Notes under the pieces: generated by a model
What the model was told of the DNA's origin: nothing
What the model saw: the letters and a program-made list of their open reading frames with translations, nothing else
The model's database searches: none
Assembly: GCA_040902895.1 (NCBI GenBank)
Contig: JBBDWL010000129.1
Span: 6,913 to 70,912 of the forward strand
Reading direction: 5' to 3'
DNA: 64,000 nt
DNA from: Vicinamibacterales bacterium
GTDB taxonomy: Bacteria; Acidobacteriota; Vicinamibacteria; Vicinamibacterales; SCN-69-37
Program-made: the position numbers and the translations under genes
Shown: piece by piece, positions 9,756-16,788 of the stretch
Layout of the letters: each line of letters starts with the position of its first letter
Position numbering within the stretch: position 1 is the first letter of the stretch

Positions 9756-10181
9756 ATGACGGTCCGGATCACGCGCCGCGATCCGTCCCTGCCGCTTCCA
9801 GCGCGTGAGACCGGGGGCTCGGCCGGGTTCGATCTGTCTGCCGCCGCCGATGTGACGGTGGCGCCCGGACAGATCGTACTCGTGCCGACCGGGCTCATCA
9901 TCAAGGTGCCCGACGGCCACTTCATCGGCATCTTCGCGCGCAGCAGCACGCCGCTGAAGCGCGGGCTCATGATTCCCAACGGCGTCGGCGTCGTCGACAC
10001 CGACTATTGCGGACCCGAGGACGAGGTGAAGGTTCAGGTCTACAACTTCACGCCGGAGCCCGTACACGTCAGACGCGGCGATCGCATCGCGCAGGGGATT
10101 CTCATTCCGTACCTGGCTCCCGAGTGGGATGAAGGTCCGCCGTCGGACAAAACGCGCGGCGGCTTCGGGTCGACGGGTTAA
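9756..10181 (+). CDS. dut: dUTP diphosphatase
   Basis: The ORF is 9705..10181. I start at the internal Met (MTVRITRRD). dUTPase motifs are present: GSAGFDL, ARSS, GVGVVDTDYCGP, RIAQ and a C-terminal RGGFGSTG. Confidence 0.9.
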   Translation: MTVRITRRDPSLPLPARETGGSAGFDLSAAADVTVAPGQIVLVPTGLIIKVPDGHFIGIFARSSTPLKRGLMIPNGVGVVDTDYCGPEDEVKVQVYNFTPEPVHVRRGDRIAQGILIPYLAPEWDEGPPSDKTRGGFGSTG

Positions 10182-10185
10182 TTGC

Positions 10186-10400
10186 AGAATTGGCGATTGG
10201 AGATCGGGTGATGGTTGCCGATTGTTGAATATCGATTGATGGATTAGCCGTTAATATGGGCGTTCGCAGCGGCATCCAGGAGGCGAACGAGCTGGTCGCC
10301 ATCCTCGTAGCGTCTCGACGTACGGCCTCCGGCGGCCGGTAATCGGCGATCTTCGAATCGGCAATCGGCAACAATCAGCCAATCTCCAATCCTCGATCGA
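10186..10400. repeat. Composite imperfect palindrome built from ATTG/CAATC short repeats, in a convergent intergenic region
   Basis: Left arm: AATTGGC GATTGGA GATCGGG TGATGGT TGCCGATTGTTG (about 10189-10227). Right arm: CGGCAATCGGCAACAATCAG CCAATCTCCAATCC (about 10359-10392). The right arm is the reverse complement of the left-arm blocks in mirrored order. A CGTTCGC..GCGAACG hairpin lies at 10261-10289. The element fills the gap between the dut stop (10181) and the C39-barrel gene stop (10405). Confidence 0.55.
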
Positions 10401-10404
10401 GAAT

Positions 10405-12441
10405 TCAGAAGATCCAGTGTTCGAGTCCGACCACTGTACCGGCAGTCAAGGCCCAGCGGCGATCGAGCAATCCGCGCGCGAGATCGATTCGGAACGAGGG
10501 GCCGCCGCCGAGCAGACGTATGCGAACTCCTGCTCCCGCGTCGATCTGTCCATCCGATGCGCGTCCATCGATCAACCGCCATGCGCGCGCGGCATCCGTA
10601 AAGAGCGCGGCGTCGATTGATGCGAGGGGCATTCGCAGCACCGGACGCGACCATTCGACGGTGCCATGGATCAGGCGCTGGCCGATGATGCGGCCGTCAC
10701 CGGCGCCGATCGCGCCGTCCCGAATCAATGGATGCGCCCGAAGCAGCGGCCGGCGCGTGTGGCCGTCACCCGCACCGGGCAGTAGAAACAGCGGCGCGGC
10801 GTCACCGACTCTTTCGGCGCCCGCGGCAATCGTCAGGCGGCCGCCGATAGCCTGAAATCCGGCGCGCGCGCGCCCGCTGAATCGCGAAAGGCCTGCGCGC
10901 CGTGTCCACCGTTCTGCTGTCAGATGTCCATAGACGGTGTTGCTGACGGCAAAGAGGATGCGCGCGGCGCCATAGACTTTGTCGTCACGCGCGCCCCCCG
11001 CGGCGAACGGCCATCGATCGAATGCCGCGCCGGCCGCCCAGCCGAGAGATGGCGTGATCCAGTCAACCGCCTGAAACCCGCCGCGGCGCCAGCGAGGAAT
11101 GGTCAGCGCGTCTCCAACCTCGTAGGTTTCACGCGCATCGAATCCACTCAACTTCCAGACGGCGCCGAACGGCAGCGGCGCAGGCGTTTCGACGGCCGCC
11201 GTGATCCGCTCGAACCCTTCACGGAAGCGCCACGAGCCGGTCACCCGTTCGCCGCCGCCAACCGGGTTCGTGAAAGCCACATCCACTTCACGCGTGAACG
11301 GCGCCTCTGCCGCCGTCATCACGAGATCGACTGCACCAGGCCTGCGCGAGCGCTCTACAATCGCTGCGTCAAGCTGCACACGCCCATCGGCAAGCGGCGT
11401 GTAGCTCACGCGGCTGGCCGAGGAAGACGGCAACAGCGCGAGCCGCCGCCGCGCGCGCCCAAGCCTTGCGGCCGACAGACGATCGCCGGGCCGAAGATCG
11501 ATCAGCCGCTCCGCCGCGCGGTATCGCGTCCGCTCGAGTCCCGCAATCTGGACTGTGTCGACATCCGGCTTGCCCGCGCGATTCCACGCCTCGAGCGCCT
11601 CGACGTCGCGATCCATGACGAACAGGGTCGTGCCAAGGGCGTCCCAGGCGACGGCGTTCGCCGGGTCAGCGGTCGTGGCGTCGGTCGCCAGTCGAAGCGC
11701 CTCTGCACGGTCGCCGGAGTGGAGCAGGGTTGCAACGCGAGTCGCCAGAACAGGTTCCATGGGTTCCACAGGTTCCTTTGGTTCCCCGGGTTCGGTTCTG
11801 GTTCCTGGTTCAACAGGTTCCACAGGTTCGCTCGCCGGGAGCAGCAGCAGCATCCAGAAATTCGCAGTTGCCCATCGTCGATCGAATTCCGTGCGCGGCA
11901 TCGCCTGCGACGGCGCGGCTGCGGGGTCATGGAAGTGCACGCGGTCGCGATCGAGCGCCGTGATAACGACGTAGTGATAGCGCGATGGACGGTCTTCGAT
12001 CAGCGCCACGATCGGGCGGCCGCGCGACAGGTGTTGCGCAACCGGCGCTGCGTCGCCGGCACGGCCGCGAAGCGGGAAGGCCTGCCATTTCCGCCGGCGC
12101 AGATCCGCGACAAGCGCCGTCGTGACGATGCCGCCCTGAGCTTGATCGATCAGCGGCGCGAAATCCTCCGCGCGCGCGAGCGGATCGCCCCAGTACCGCA
12201 TGACCATCGCAGCCGCCGCCCCCCCGCACAGCGCTTCCGTCTGCGGCAGGTAGGGCACGGCCCGCGGCAGCGCAATGCTCTGCGCCGAAGCGACCGACAC
12301 CAGCGCGGCGAAAATAAGGGTTGGCACGGAAACGGCGCGCTCGTTCGGCCGCGACGGCCGGATCGAGCGCGCCAGAGTATGACGCCGCGCTATGCGACGA
12401 TGACGAGGATGATGATCAGCAACGCGATGATGATCAGCCAC
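10405..12441 (-). CDS. Outer-membrane protein fusing C39-like (PA2778-like) cysteine peptidase, TPR, POTRA and an Omp85/ShlB-type beta-barrel
   Basis: 678-aa ORF. C39-like region: LPQTEALCGGAAAAMVMRYWG (Cys) and SRYHYVVITALDRDRVHFHDP (His). The linker is (EPx)n, followed by a TPR-like helix pair. The POTRA-like segment reads VDTVQIAGLERTRYRAAERLIDLRPGDRLSAARLGRARRRLALLPSSSASRVSYTPLADGRVQLDAAIVE. About 330 aa of alternating beta pattern end in the OMP signature ..GLEHWIF. The start is uncertain: the ATG at 12441 overlaps the upstream gene by 52 nt, and the signal-like segment VPTLIFAALVSVASAQS begins near 12330. Confidence 0.75.
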   Translation of the reverse strand: MADHHRVADHHPRHRRIARRHTLARSIRPSRPNERAVSVPTLIFAALVSVASAQSIALPRAVPYLPQTEALCGGAAAAMVMRYWGDPLARAEDFAPLIDQAQGGIVTTALVADLRRRKWQAFPLRGRAGDAAPVAQHLSRGRPIVALIEDRPSRYHYVVITALDRDRVHFHDPAAAPSQAMPRTEFDRRWATANFWMLLLLPASEPVEPVEPGTRTEPGEPKEPVEPMEPVLATRVATLLHSGDRAEALRLATDATTADPANAVAWDALGTTLFVMDRDVEALEAWNRAGKPDVDTVQIAGLERTRYRAAERLIDLRPGDRLSAARLGRARRRLALLPSSSASRVSYTPLADGRVQLDAAIVERSRRPGAVDLVMTAAEAPFTREVDVAFTNPVGGGERVTGSWRFREGFERITAAVETPAPLPFGAVWKLSGFDARETYEVGDALTIPRWRRGGFQAVDWITPSLGWAAGAAFDRWPFAAGGARDDKVYGAARILFAVSNTVYGHLTAERWTRRAGLSRFSGRARAGFQAIGGRLTIAAGAERVGDAAPLFLLPGAGDGHTRRPLLRAHPLIRDGAIGAGDGRIIGQRLIHGTVEWSRPVLRMPLASIDAALFTDAARAWRLIDGRASDGQIDAGAGVRIRLLGGGPSFRIDLARGLLDRRWALTAGTVVGLEHWIF
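11753..11830 (-). repeat. 9-bp tandem repeat (GGTTCCNNN on the + strand) encoding an (E-P-x)n linker
   Basis: GGTTCCATG GGTTCCACA GGTTCCTTT GGTTCCCCG GGTTCGGTTCT GGTTCCT GGTTCAACA GGTTCCACA GGTTCG. On the - strand this translates as EPVEPVEPGTRTEPGEPKEPVEPMEPV, between the peptidase and TPR parts. Confidence 0.8.
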
Positions 12442-12776
12442 ACCGACAGCGTGATGGTTTGGCCGCCCGCAAGCGCGTCAGTCACCTGCTGCGCCTGAGC
12501 CGCAACCTGCGCGAGCTCCGCGCCGTCGAGTGTGCCAACGGCCGCGGCCGCTCTGTCGATCGGGAGGCCGGCCTCTTTGGCGACCTTCCGCACGTCATCC
12601 CGCTGAAGCACATTCAGAATGGCCTGTCGATCGGCCTGCTTCTTTGCAGCATGCTCTGCCGCGATTGCCGTGAGGCTCTGCGAGCCCGCGGTCTGTCCCG
12701 ATTGTGCAGATGTCAGCGAGGGCGCCAGCATCACCGCGAGAAGAATCATCACTACCGTTCCACGAACTTTGCGCAT
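12390..12776 (-). CDS. Small secreted/anchored protein, PA2779-family-like (signal peptide, helical region, GG motif, C-terminal hydrophobic helix)
   Basis: The start is set at MRKVRGTVVMILLAVMLAPSLTSAQS and is preceded by GGAGG 7 nt upstream. The upstream part of ORF 12390..12959 overlaps the zwf 3' end. The protein ends ..QVTDALAGGQTITLSVWLIIIALLIIILVIVA. The family name comes from my memory of the PA2778/PA2779 gene pair and has not been searched. Confidence 0.7.
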   Translation of the reverse strand: MRKVRGTVVMILLAVMLAPSLTSAQSGQTAGSQSLTAIAAEHAAKKQADRQAILNVLQRDDVRKVAKEAGLPIDRAAAAVGTLDGAELAQVAAQAQQVTDALAGGQTITLSVWLIIIALLIIILVIVA

Positions 12777-12871
12777 CTGCAGCCTCCAGAAAGTGCGCGG
12801 CCAGGGAGGCCGCTCCACCCCGGACGGGCTGCACAACTCATGCCCGGACGCGAGATTAGTCGTGGATGAGG

Positions 12872-14257
12872 TTACGGCTCCGCGTCCGGACCCCAGCTCC
12901 CCGGCCGGTAAGGCACGGGCGCTGGAGGTGCCTCGAGCAGCGGCGCATACAGGTACCACGAGCGCTCCACCCAGTCTGAGCGAACGAACAACGTGTGATC
13001 GCCCTGCATGACGTCGGCAAGCAGTGTTTCGTACGCGTCGGCGAGCGGGCCAAACGCTTCGCGATACTTGAAGCCAAGCTGCTGCTCGCGTACGCGAATA
13101 TGCTCCCCTGGTTCCTTCACGGAGAACGTCAGCGAGAAGCCTTCGTCAGGCTGGATGAAGATCGTCAGCTTGTCGGGCCCGACATCGCATCCGGGCAGAC
13201 CCGTGAAGAGCCGCACAGGCGCCGGACGAAAGCTGACCACGATGCGCGTGGAGCGCCGGCGCAGCCGCTTGCCGGTGCGCAGGACGAATGGCACGCCGTG
13301 CCAGCGCCAGTTGTCGATGTGCACGTCGATGGCCGCGAAGGTCTCGGTCGTCGACCCCGGCTTCACGCCCGGTTCGTCGAGATAGCCCGGCACGGCGGTG
13401 TCGTCGACGCTGCCCCCGGCGTACTGCGCGAGCAGCGCATCTCGCGGCGTGACCCGGCGCATCGATCGCAGCACCTTGAGTTTCTCGTCGCGGATGGCTT
13501 CGGCGTCGAACGTGGCCGGCGGCTCCATCGCGACATGGCAGAGCAACTGTGTGAGATGGTTCTGCACCATGTCGCGCACCGCGCCCGCCCGGTCGTAGTA
13601 GGCCGCGCGCGTGCCGACGCCGTCTGCCTCCGCGACCGAGATCTCGACATGCGCGATCCGGTCGCGATTCCACTGCGTCTCGAACACCGGATTCGCGAAC
13701 CGGAAGACCATCAGGTTCCGCACGGTTTCCTTCCCGAGATAGTGATCGATGCGGAAGATCTGCGACTCGTCGAAGTACTGGTGCAGCCGGCGATTGAGCG
13801 CCTGCGAGGATTCGAGATCGTGCCCGAACGGTTTTTCCACCACGATGCGCGTGAACCCGGCGCTTTGATGAAGCCCCGCGGCCGCCAGTCCCTCGACGGT
13901 TTCGACGAATCCCTGGGGCGGCAGCGCGAGATAGAACACACGGTTGCCGCTCAGTCCGTGTTCGCGCTCGAGTGCCGCGATGTCGTCGGCAATCCGCGTG
14001 AAATCAGCCGGCGACCCCGCCCCGATCGACTGATAGTGCACGGCGGCATCGCCCAGCTGCGACAGTGACGCGCGCGCGATATCTCTGAACGCCGCATCGT
14101 CGGGATGCGGATCGCGCGCAACGCCGAGTATGACGAACGGGGAAGGCAGCTCCCCGCGGGCGTGCAGCGCGCCGAGCGCCGGCAGCAGCTTGCGGCGCGT
14201 GAGATCGCCCGTGGCGCCGAAAATCACCAGCAGCAGGGGTGGAATCGGCGCGGTCAT
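12872..14257 (-). CDS. zwf: Glucose-6-phosphate dehydrogenase
   Basis: 461 aa with FGATGDLTRRKLLPAL, the active-site RIDHYLGKE and EKPFGHDL. Confidence 0.95.
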   Translation of the reverse strand: MTAPIPPLLLVIFGATGDLTRRKLLPALGALHARGELPSPFVILGVARDPHPDDAAFRDIARASLSQLGDAAVHYQSIGAGSPADFTRIADDIAALEREHGLSGNRVFYLALPPQGFVETVEGLAAAGLHQSAGFTRIVVEKPFGHDLESSQALNRRLHQYFDESQIFRIDHYLGKETVRNLMVFRFANPVFETQWNRDRIAHVEISVAEADGVGTRAAYYDRAGAVRDMVQNHLTQLLCHVAMEPPATFDAEAIRDEKLKVLRSMRRVTPRDALLAQYAGGSVDDTAVPGYLDEPGVKPGSTTETFAAIDVHIDNWRWHGVPFVLRTGKRLRRRSTRIVVSFRPAPVRLFTGLPGCDVGPDKLTIFIQPDEGFSLTFSVKEPGEHIRVREQQLGFKYREAFGPLADAYETLLADVMQGDHTLFVRSDWVERSWYLYAPLLEAPPAPVPYRPGSWGPDAEP

Positions 14258-15162
14258 TGATCCTTCCTGATCGCGTGGCCTCCGAACTGTCCGCGCAGCG
14301 CCGCCAGCATGCGGTAGCCGAAGCCTTCCCGATCGCGTGACTCGAGCCGCGCGATGAGCGCATGGGTGATCACCGGCGCCGGCGTGTTGAGATCGATTGC
14401 CTCCTGCACGGTCCAGCGGCCTTCACCCGAATCGTCGACCCAGGGCGCCACCGCGTCGAGCGTTGCGTCCTCGGACAGGGCGCGCGCGGCCAGATCCAGC
14501 AGCCACGAGCGCACGACGCTGCCGTGCTGCCAGATGCCGGCGACCTGCGCGAGATCGATGGCGAAGGGCTCTTTCGCCTTCATGATCGCGAAGCCCTCGG
14601 CGAAGGCCTGCATCAGCCCGTACTCGATGCCGTTGTGCACCATCTTCACGAAGTGCCCGGCGCCCGAAGGGCCGACGTGACCCCATCCCCGGTTGGCCGC
14701 CGGTGCAAGCGCTTCCGCGATCGGCTTGAGGCGCGCGATCGGCGCATTCGCGCCGCCCACCATCAGCGAATAGCCTTCGGCGCGTCCCCAGATGCCGCCG
14801 CTCACGCCGGCGTCGACGAATTCAATTTTTTGCGCACGCAGCGACTCGGCCCGCCTCACGCTGTCGCGGTACCACGAATTGCCGCCGTCGACGATGATGT
14901 CGCCGGCCGCGAGCAGCGGCACGAGGCTGTCGATGGTCTGATCGACCGGAGCGCCGGCCGGCACCATCATCCAGACGGCGCGCGGCGCCGCCAGCGCGGC
15001 GACGAGATCCTCGAGTGAGGCGACCGGCTCGATGCCATCGCGCTCTGCGCGGTCGAGCGCATCACGGCTGCGATCGTGCCCGACGACGCGGTGTCCGCGC
15101 TCGACGAGGCGCGCGCTCATGTTGGCGCCCATGCGGCCGAGTCCCACCATTCCCAGTTCCAT
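14254..15162 (-). CDS. gnd: 6-phosphogluconate dehydrogenase (decarboxylating), short ~300-aa type
   Basis: 302 aa with the Rossmann motif MVGLGRMGANMSARL, then GGNSWY and GHFVKMVHNGIEYGLMQ. It has a 4-nt overlap with zwf. Confidence 0.9.
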   Translation of the reverse strand: MELGMVGLGRMGANMSARLVERGHRVVGHDRSRDALDRAERDGIEPVASLEDLVAALAAPRAVWMMVPAGAPVDQTIDSLVPLLAAGDIIVDGGNSWYRDSVRRAESLRAQKIEFVDAGVSGGIWGRAEGYSLMVGGANAPIARLKPIAEALAPAANRGWGHVGPSGAGHFVKMVHNGIEYGLMQAFAEGFAIMKAKEPFAIDLAQVAGIWQHGSVVRSWLLDLAARALSEDATLDAVAPWVDDSGEGRWTVQEAIDLNTPAPVITHALIARLESRDREGFGYRMLAALRGQFGGHAIRKDQ

Positions 15163-15189
15163 CAGTGCCTCCAGGGCTGCGTTTCCTGC

Positions 15190-15218
15190 TTGTCACGTGC
15201 GGCATGCATCTCTATACT
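15190..15218 (+). promoter_or_regulatory. Candidate sigma70-type promoter TTGTCA-17 nt-TATACT
   Basis: TTGTCA at 15190-15195, a 17-nt spacer, and TATACT at 15213-15218. It lies about 40 nt upstream of the small ORF at 15258, in the divergent gap after the gnd start. Confidence 0.35.
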
Positions 15219-15257
15219 GGCGTCCAGTCTGTCGTCGACGGTGGTAGGTCTCCCCAG

Positions 15258-15446
15258 ATGCCACACAAAAACGATGCTCGCCTGCGCGAGCTAATCAGCA
15301 AGCTCGAGCGCGCGCAAACCGAATCAGGTGATCTCGCCCACAAAGCCAGGCGCGAGCTCGAAGACGTCATCCGCGGCGGGGCCTTGAAACCCGTCGGCAC
15401 CTCCGGCACCACCCGCCGGAAAAAAGCAGGCAGGAAGAAGCGCTGA
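15258..15446 (+). CDS. Small hypothetical protein (62 aa, helical with a Lys/Arg-rich tail)
   Basis: MPHKNDARLRELISKLERAQTESGDLAHKARRELEDVIRGGALKPVGTSGTTRRKKAGRKKR. Third-position GC is high. It is the downstream part of ORF 15015..15446, whose upstream part overlaps gnd. I recognise no family. Confidence 0.45.
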   Translation: MPHKNDARLRELISKLERAQTESGDLAHKARRELEDVIRGGALKPVGTSGTTRRKKAGRKKR

Positions 15447-15491
15447 TCCGATAGTAGCTTGCGTGGCCCCGCCTTTGCTGCCTGATCGGGC

Positions 15492-16067
15492 ATGACAAAG
15501 ATCGCAATCGTCCTGGGGAGCACGAGGCCGGGGCGCAACGGCGAGGCGGTGGCGAAATGGGTGTTCGACATCGCGAGCCTGCGCCGCGACGCCGAGTTCG
15601 AGCTGGTCGACATCGCCGACTACAACCTGCCGCTGCTGGATGAGCCTGTCCCTGCTTCGCAGGGCAAGTACAGCAAAGACCACACGAAGCGCTGGGCCGC
15701 AAAAATCGCGGAGTTCGATGGCTACGTGTTCGTGACGGCCGAGTACAACCACGCGATTCCGGGCGCGCTCAAGAACGCCATCGATTTCCTGTACGCCGAG
15801 TGGAACAACAAGGCCGCGGGATTTGTGAGTTACGGCAGTGCGGGAGGCACGCGAGCCGTCGAGCAGCTCAGACTCGTGATGGCCGAGGTGCAGATCGCCG
15901 ACGTCCGCGCGCAGGCAACGTTCTCACTGCACGACGACTTCGAGAATTTCTCGGTCTTCAAGCCTGGCCAACGCAAGGAAAAATCGGTGACGGGGATGCT
16001 CGATCAGGTGGTGGCGTGGTCCGAGGCGATGCGCACCGTGCGGATGCGCGGGCGGAAGGCGGCGTAG
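15492..16067 (+). CDS. NADPH-dependent FMN reductase family protein
   Basis: 191 aa. MTKIAIVLGSTRPGRNGEAVAKWV..., YVFVTAEYNHAIPGALKNAIDFL and GFVSYGSAGG are typical of the FMN_red / NAD(P)H-dependent oxidoreductase family. Confidence 0.85.
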   Translation: MTKIAIVLGSTRPGRNGEAVAKWVFDIASLRRDAEFELVDIADYNLPLLDEPVPASQGKYSKDHTKRWAAKIAEFDGYVFVTAEYNHAIPGALKNAIDFLYAEWNNKAAGFVSYGSAGGTRAVEQLRLVMAEVQIADVRAQATFSLHDDFENFSVFKPGQRKEKSVTGMLDQVVAWSEAMRTVRMRGRKAA

Positions 16068-16080
16068 GGAAATCGGCGGG

Positions 16081-16293
16081 CTAGCGGAACATCCCTCCCG
16101 CCAGATCGATGGCCAGCTTGATGAGAAATGCGATCGGCGCGCCGATGATTAGAATGCCCAACGGCAGCGCGAGCACGACGAGTACCAGCGACGCTGCGTC
16201 GGCGATGTGACCGAAGATGGAAGGTCTGGGCACGCGCCGGACGTGGGTTCCGGCAGTGCCACGAAGGCTCTCACCGCTCGCGAGAAGAGCCAT
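16081..16293 (-). CDS. Small hypothetical membrane protein (70 aa)
   Basis: This is the tail of ORF 16081..16899, starting at MALLASGESL... It has one or two hydrophobic helices (ASLVLVVLALPLGILIIGAPIAFLIKLAI). Only the part downstream of the tRNA and repeat can be coding. Weak call. Confidence 0.35.
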   Translation of the reverse strand: MALLASGESLRGTAGTHVRRVPRPSIFGHIADAASLVLVVLALPLGILIIGAPIAFLIKLAIDLAGGMFR

Positions 16294-16301
16294 TCGCGCG
16301 A

Positions 16302-16508
16302 TTAGTCGCGGTCGCGATCCGAGAACCGGCGCGGGTCGATCTCGCCGTGATACGGAACCTTCTCGGTGCGATGCAGCAGCTGCGCGATGCTGCCCGTGCC
16401 CTGCGCGTTGCGCCAGGTCATGAAAAGAAACGTGAGCGTGCCGATGGCCAGGGTGGCGACGGCGGCCATCGTTGTCAGGGAAAGTTCGTTCAGCATGAGG
16501 ACCTCCAC
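16302..16508 (-). CDS. Small hypothetical membrane protein (68 aa)
   Basis: MEVLMLNELSLTTMAAVATLAIGTLTFLFMTWRNAQ... has one TM helix and strong GC3 codon bias. I recognise no family. Confidence 0.5.
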   Translation of the reverse strand: MEVLMLNELSLTTMAAVATLAIGTLTFLFMTWRNAQGTGSIAQLLHRTEKVPYHGEIDPRRFSDRDRD

Positions 16509-16566
16509 AGTTGATGAGGCGGCCTCGCGATGCCGGTGGCTCAGAAACGTTGATGTGAGTGTAGCA

Positions 16567-16626
16567 CGTGGCTTGCCAACCGTAGCTCGCGAAGCGCGTG
16601 GCTTGCCAACCGTAGCTCGCGAAGCG
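16567..16626. repeat. Perfect 30-bp tandem duplication (2 units) immediately 3' of tRNA-Leu
   Basis: CGTGGCTTGCCAACCGTAGCTCGCGAAGCG occurs twice back to back (16567-16596 and 16597-16626), followed by AGCGAAGG and then the tRNA 3' end. It reads as FASYGWQATR FASYGWQAT in the spurious ORF 16081..16899. Confidence 0.85.
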
Positions 16627-16635
16627 AGCGAAGGT

Positions 16636-16722
16636 TGGTGCGGAAGAGAGGACTCGAACCTCCACCCGGTTGCCCGGACTAGCTCCTGAGGCTAGCGCGT
16701 CTGCCAATTCCGCCACTTCCGC
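16636..16722 (-). tRNA. tRNA-Leu (anticodon CAG), class II with long variable arm, CCA encoded
   Basis: Reverse complement: GCGGAAGTGGCGGAATTGGCAGACGCGCTAGCCTCAGGAGCTAGTCCGGGCAACCGGGTGGAGGTTCGAGTCCTCTCTTCCGCACCA. The acceptor stem GCGGAAG/CTTCCGC pairs. The anticodon stem is CTAGC/GCTAG with loop CTCAGGA. The T-arm is GGTTCGAGTCC. Confidence 0.9.
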
Positions 16723-16788
16723 ATGAAGGGACGATCGCTGGCGGCAGAAGCTCTCAGTATACAACAGCTCCGGTATTACACTTGAGGC

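Noticed and set aside
7796-10000. 734-aa ORF on the minus strand
   Set aside because: It is entirely antisense to the well-supported TonB-dependent receptor and dut genes. The translation is Arg/Ala/Gly/Pro-rich with no recognisable motif, typical of a shadow ORF in high-GC DNA.
16567-16722. tRNA-linked integration site or genomic island
   Set aside because: The duplicated 30-mer is not derived from the tRNA 3' end. No integrase, excisionase or phage genes are nearby, and I saw no compositional break in the flanking genes.
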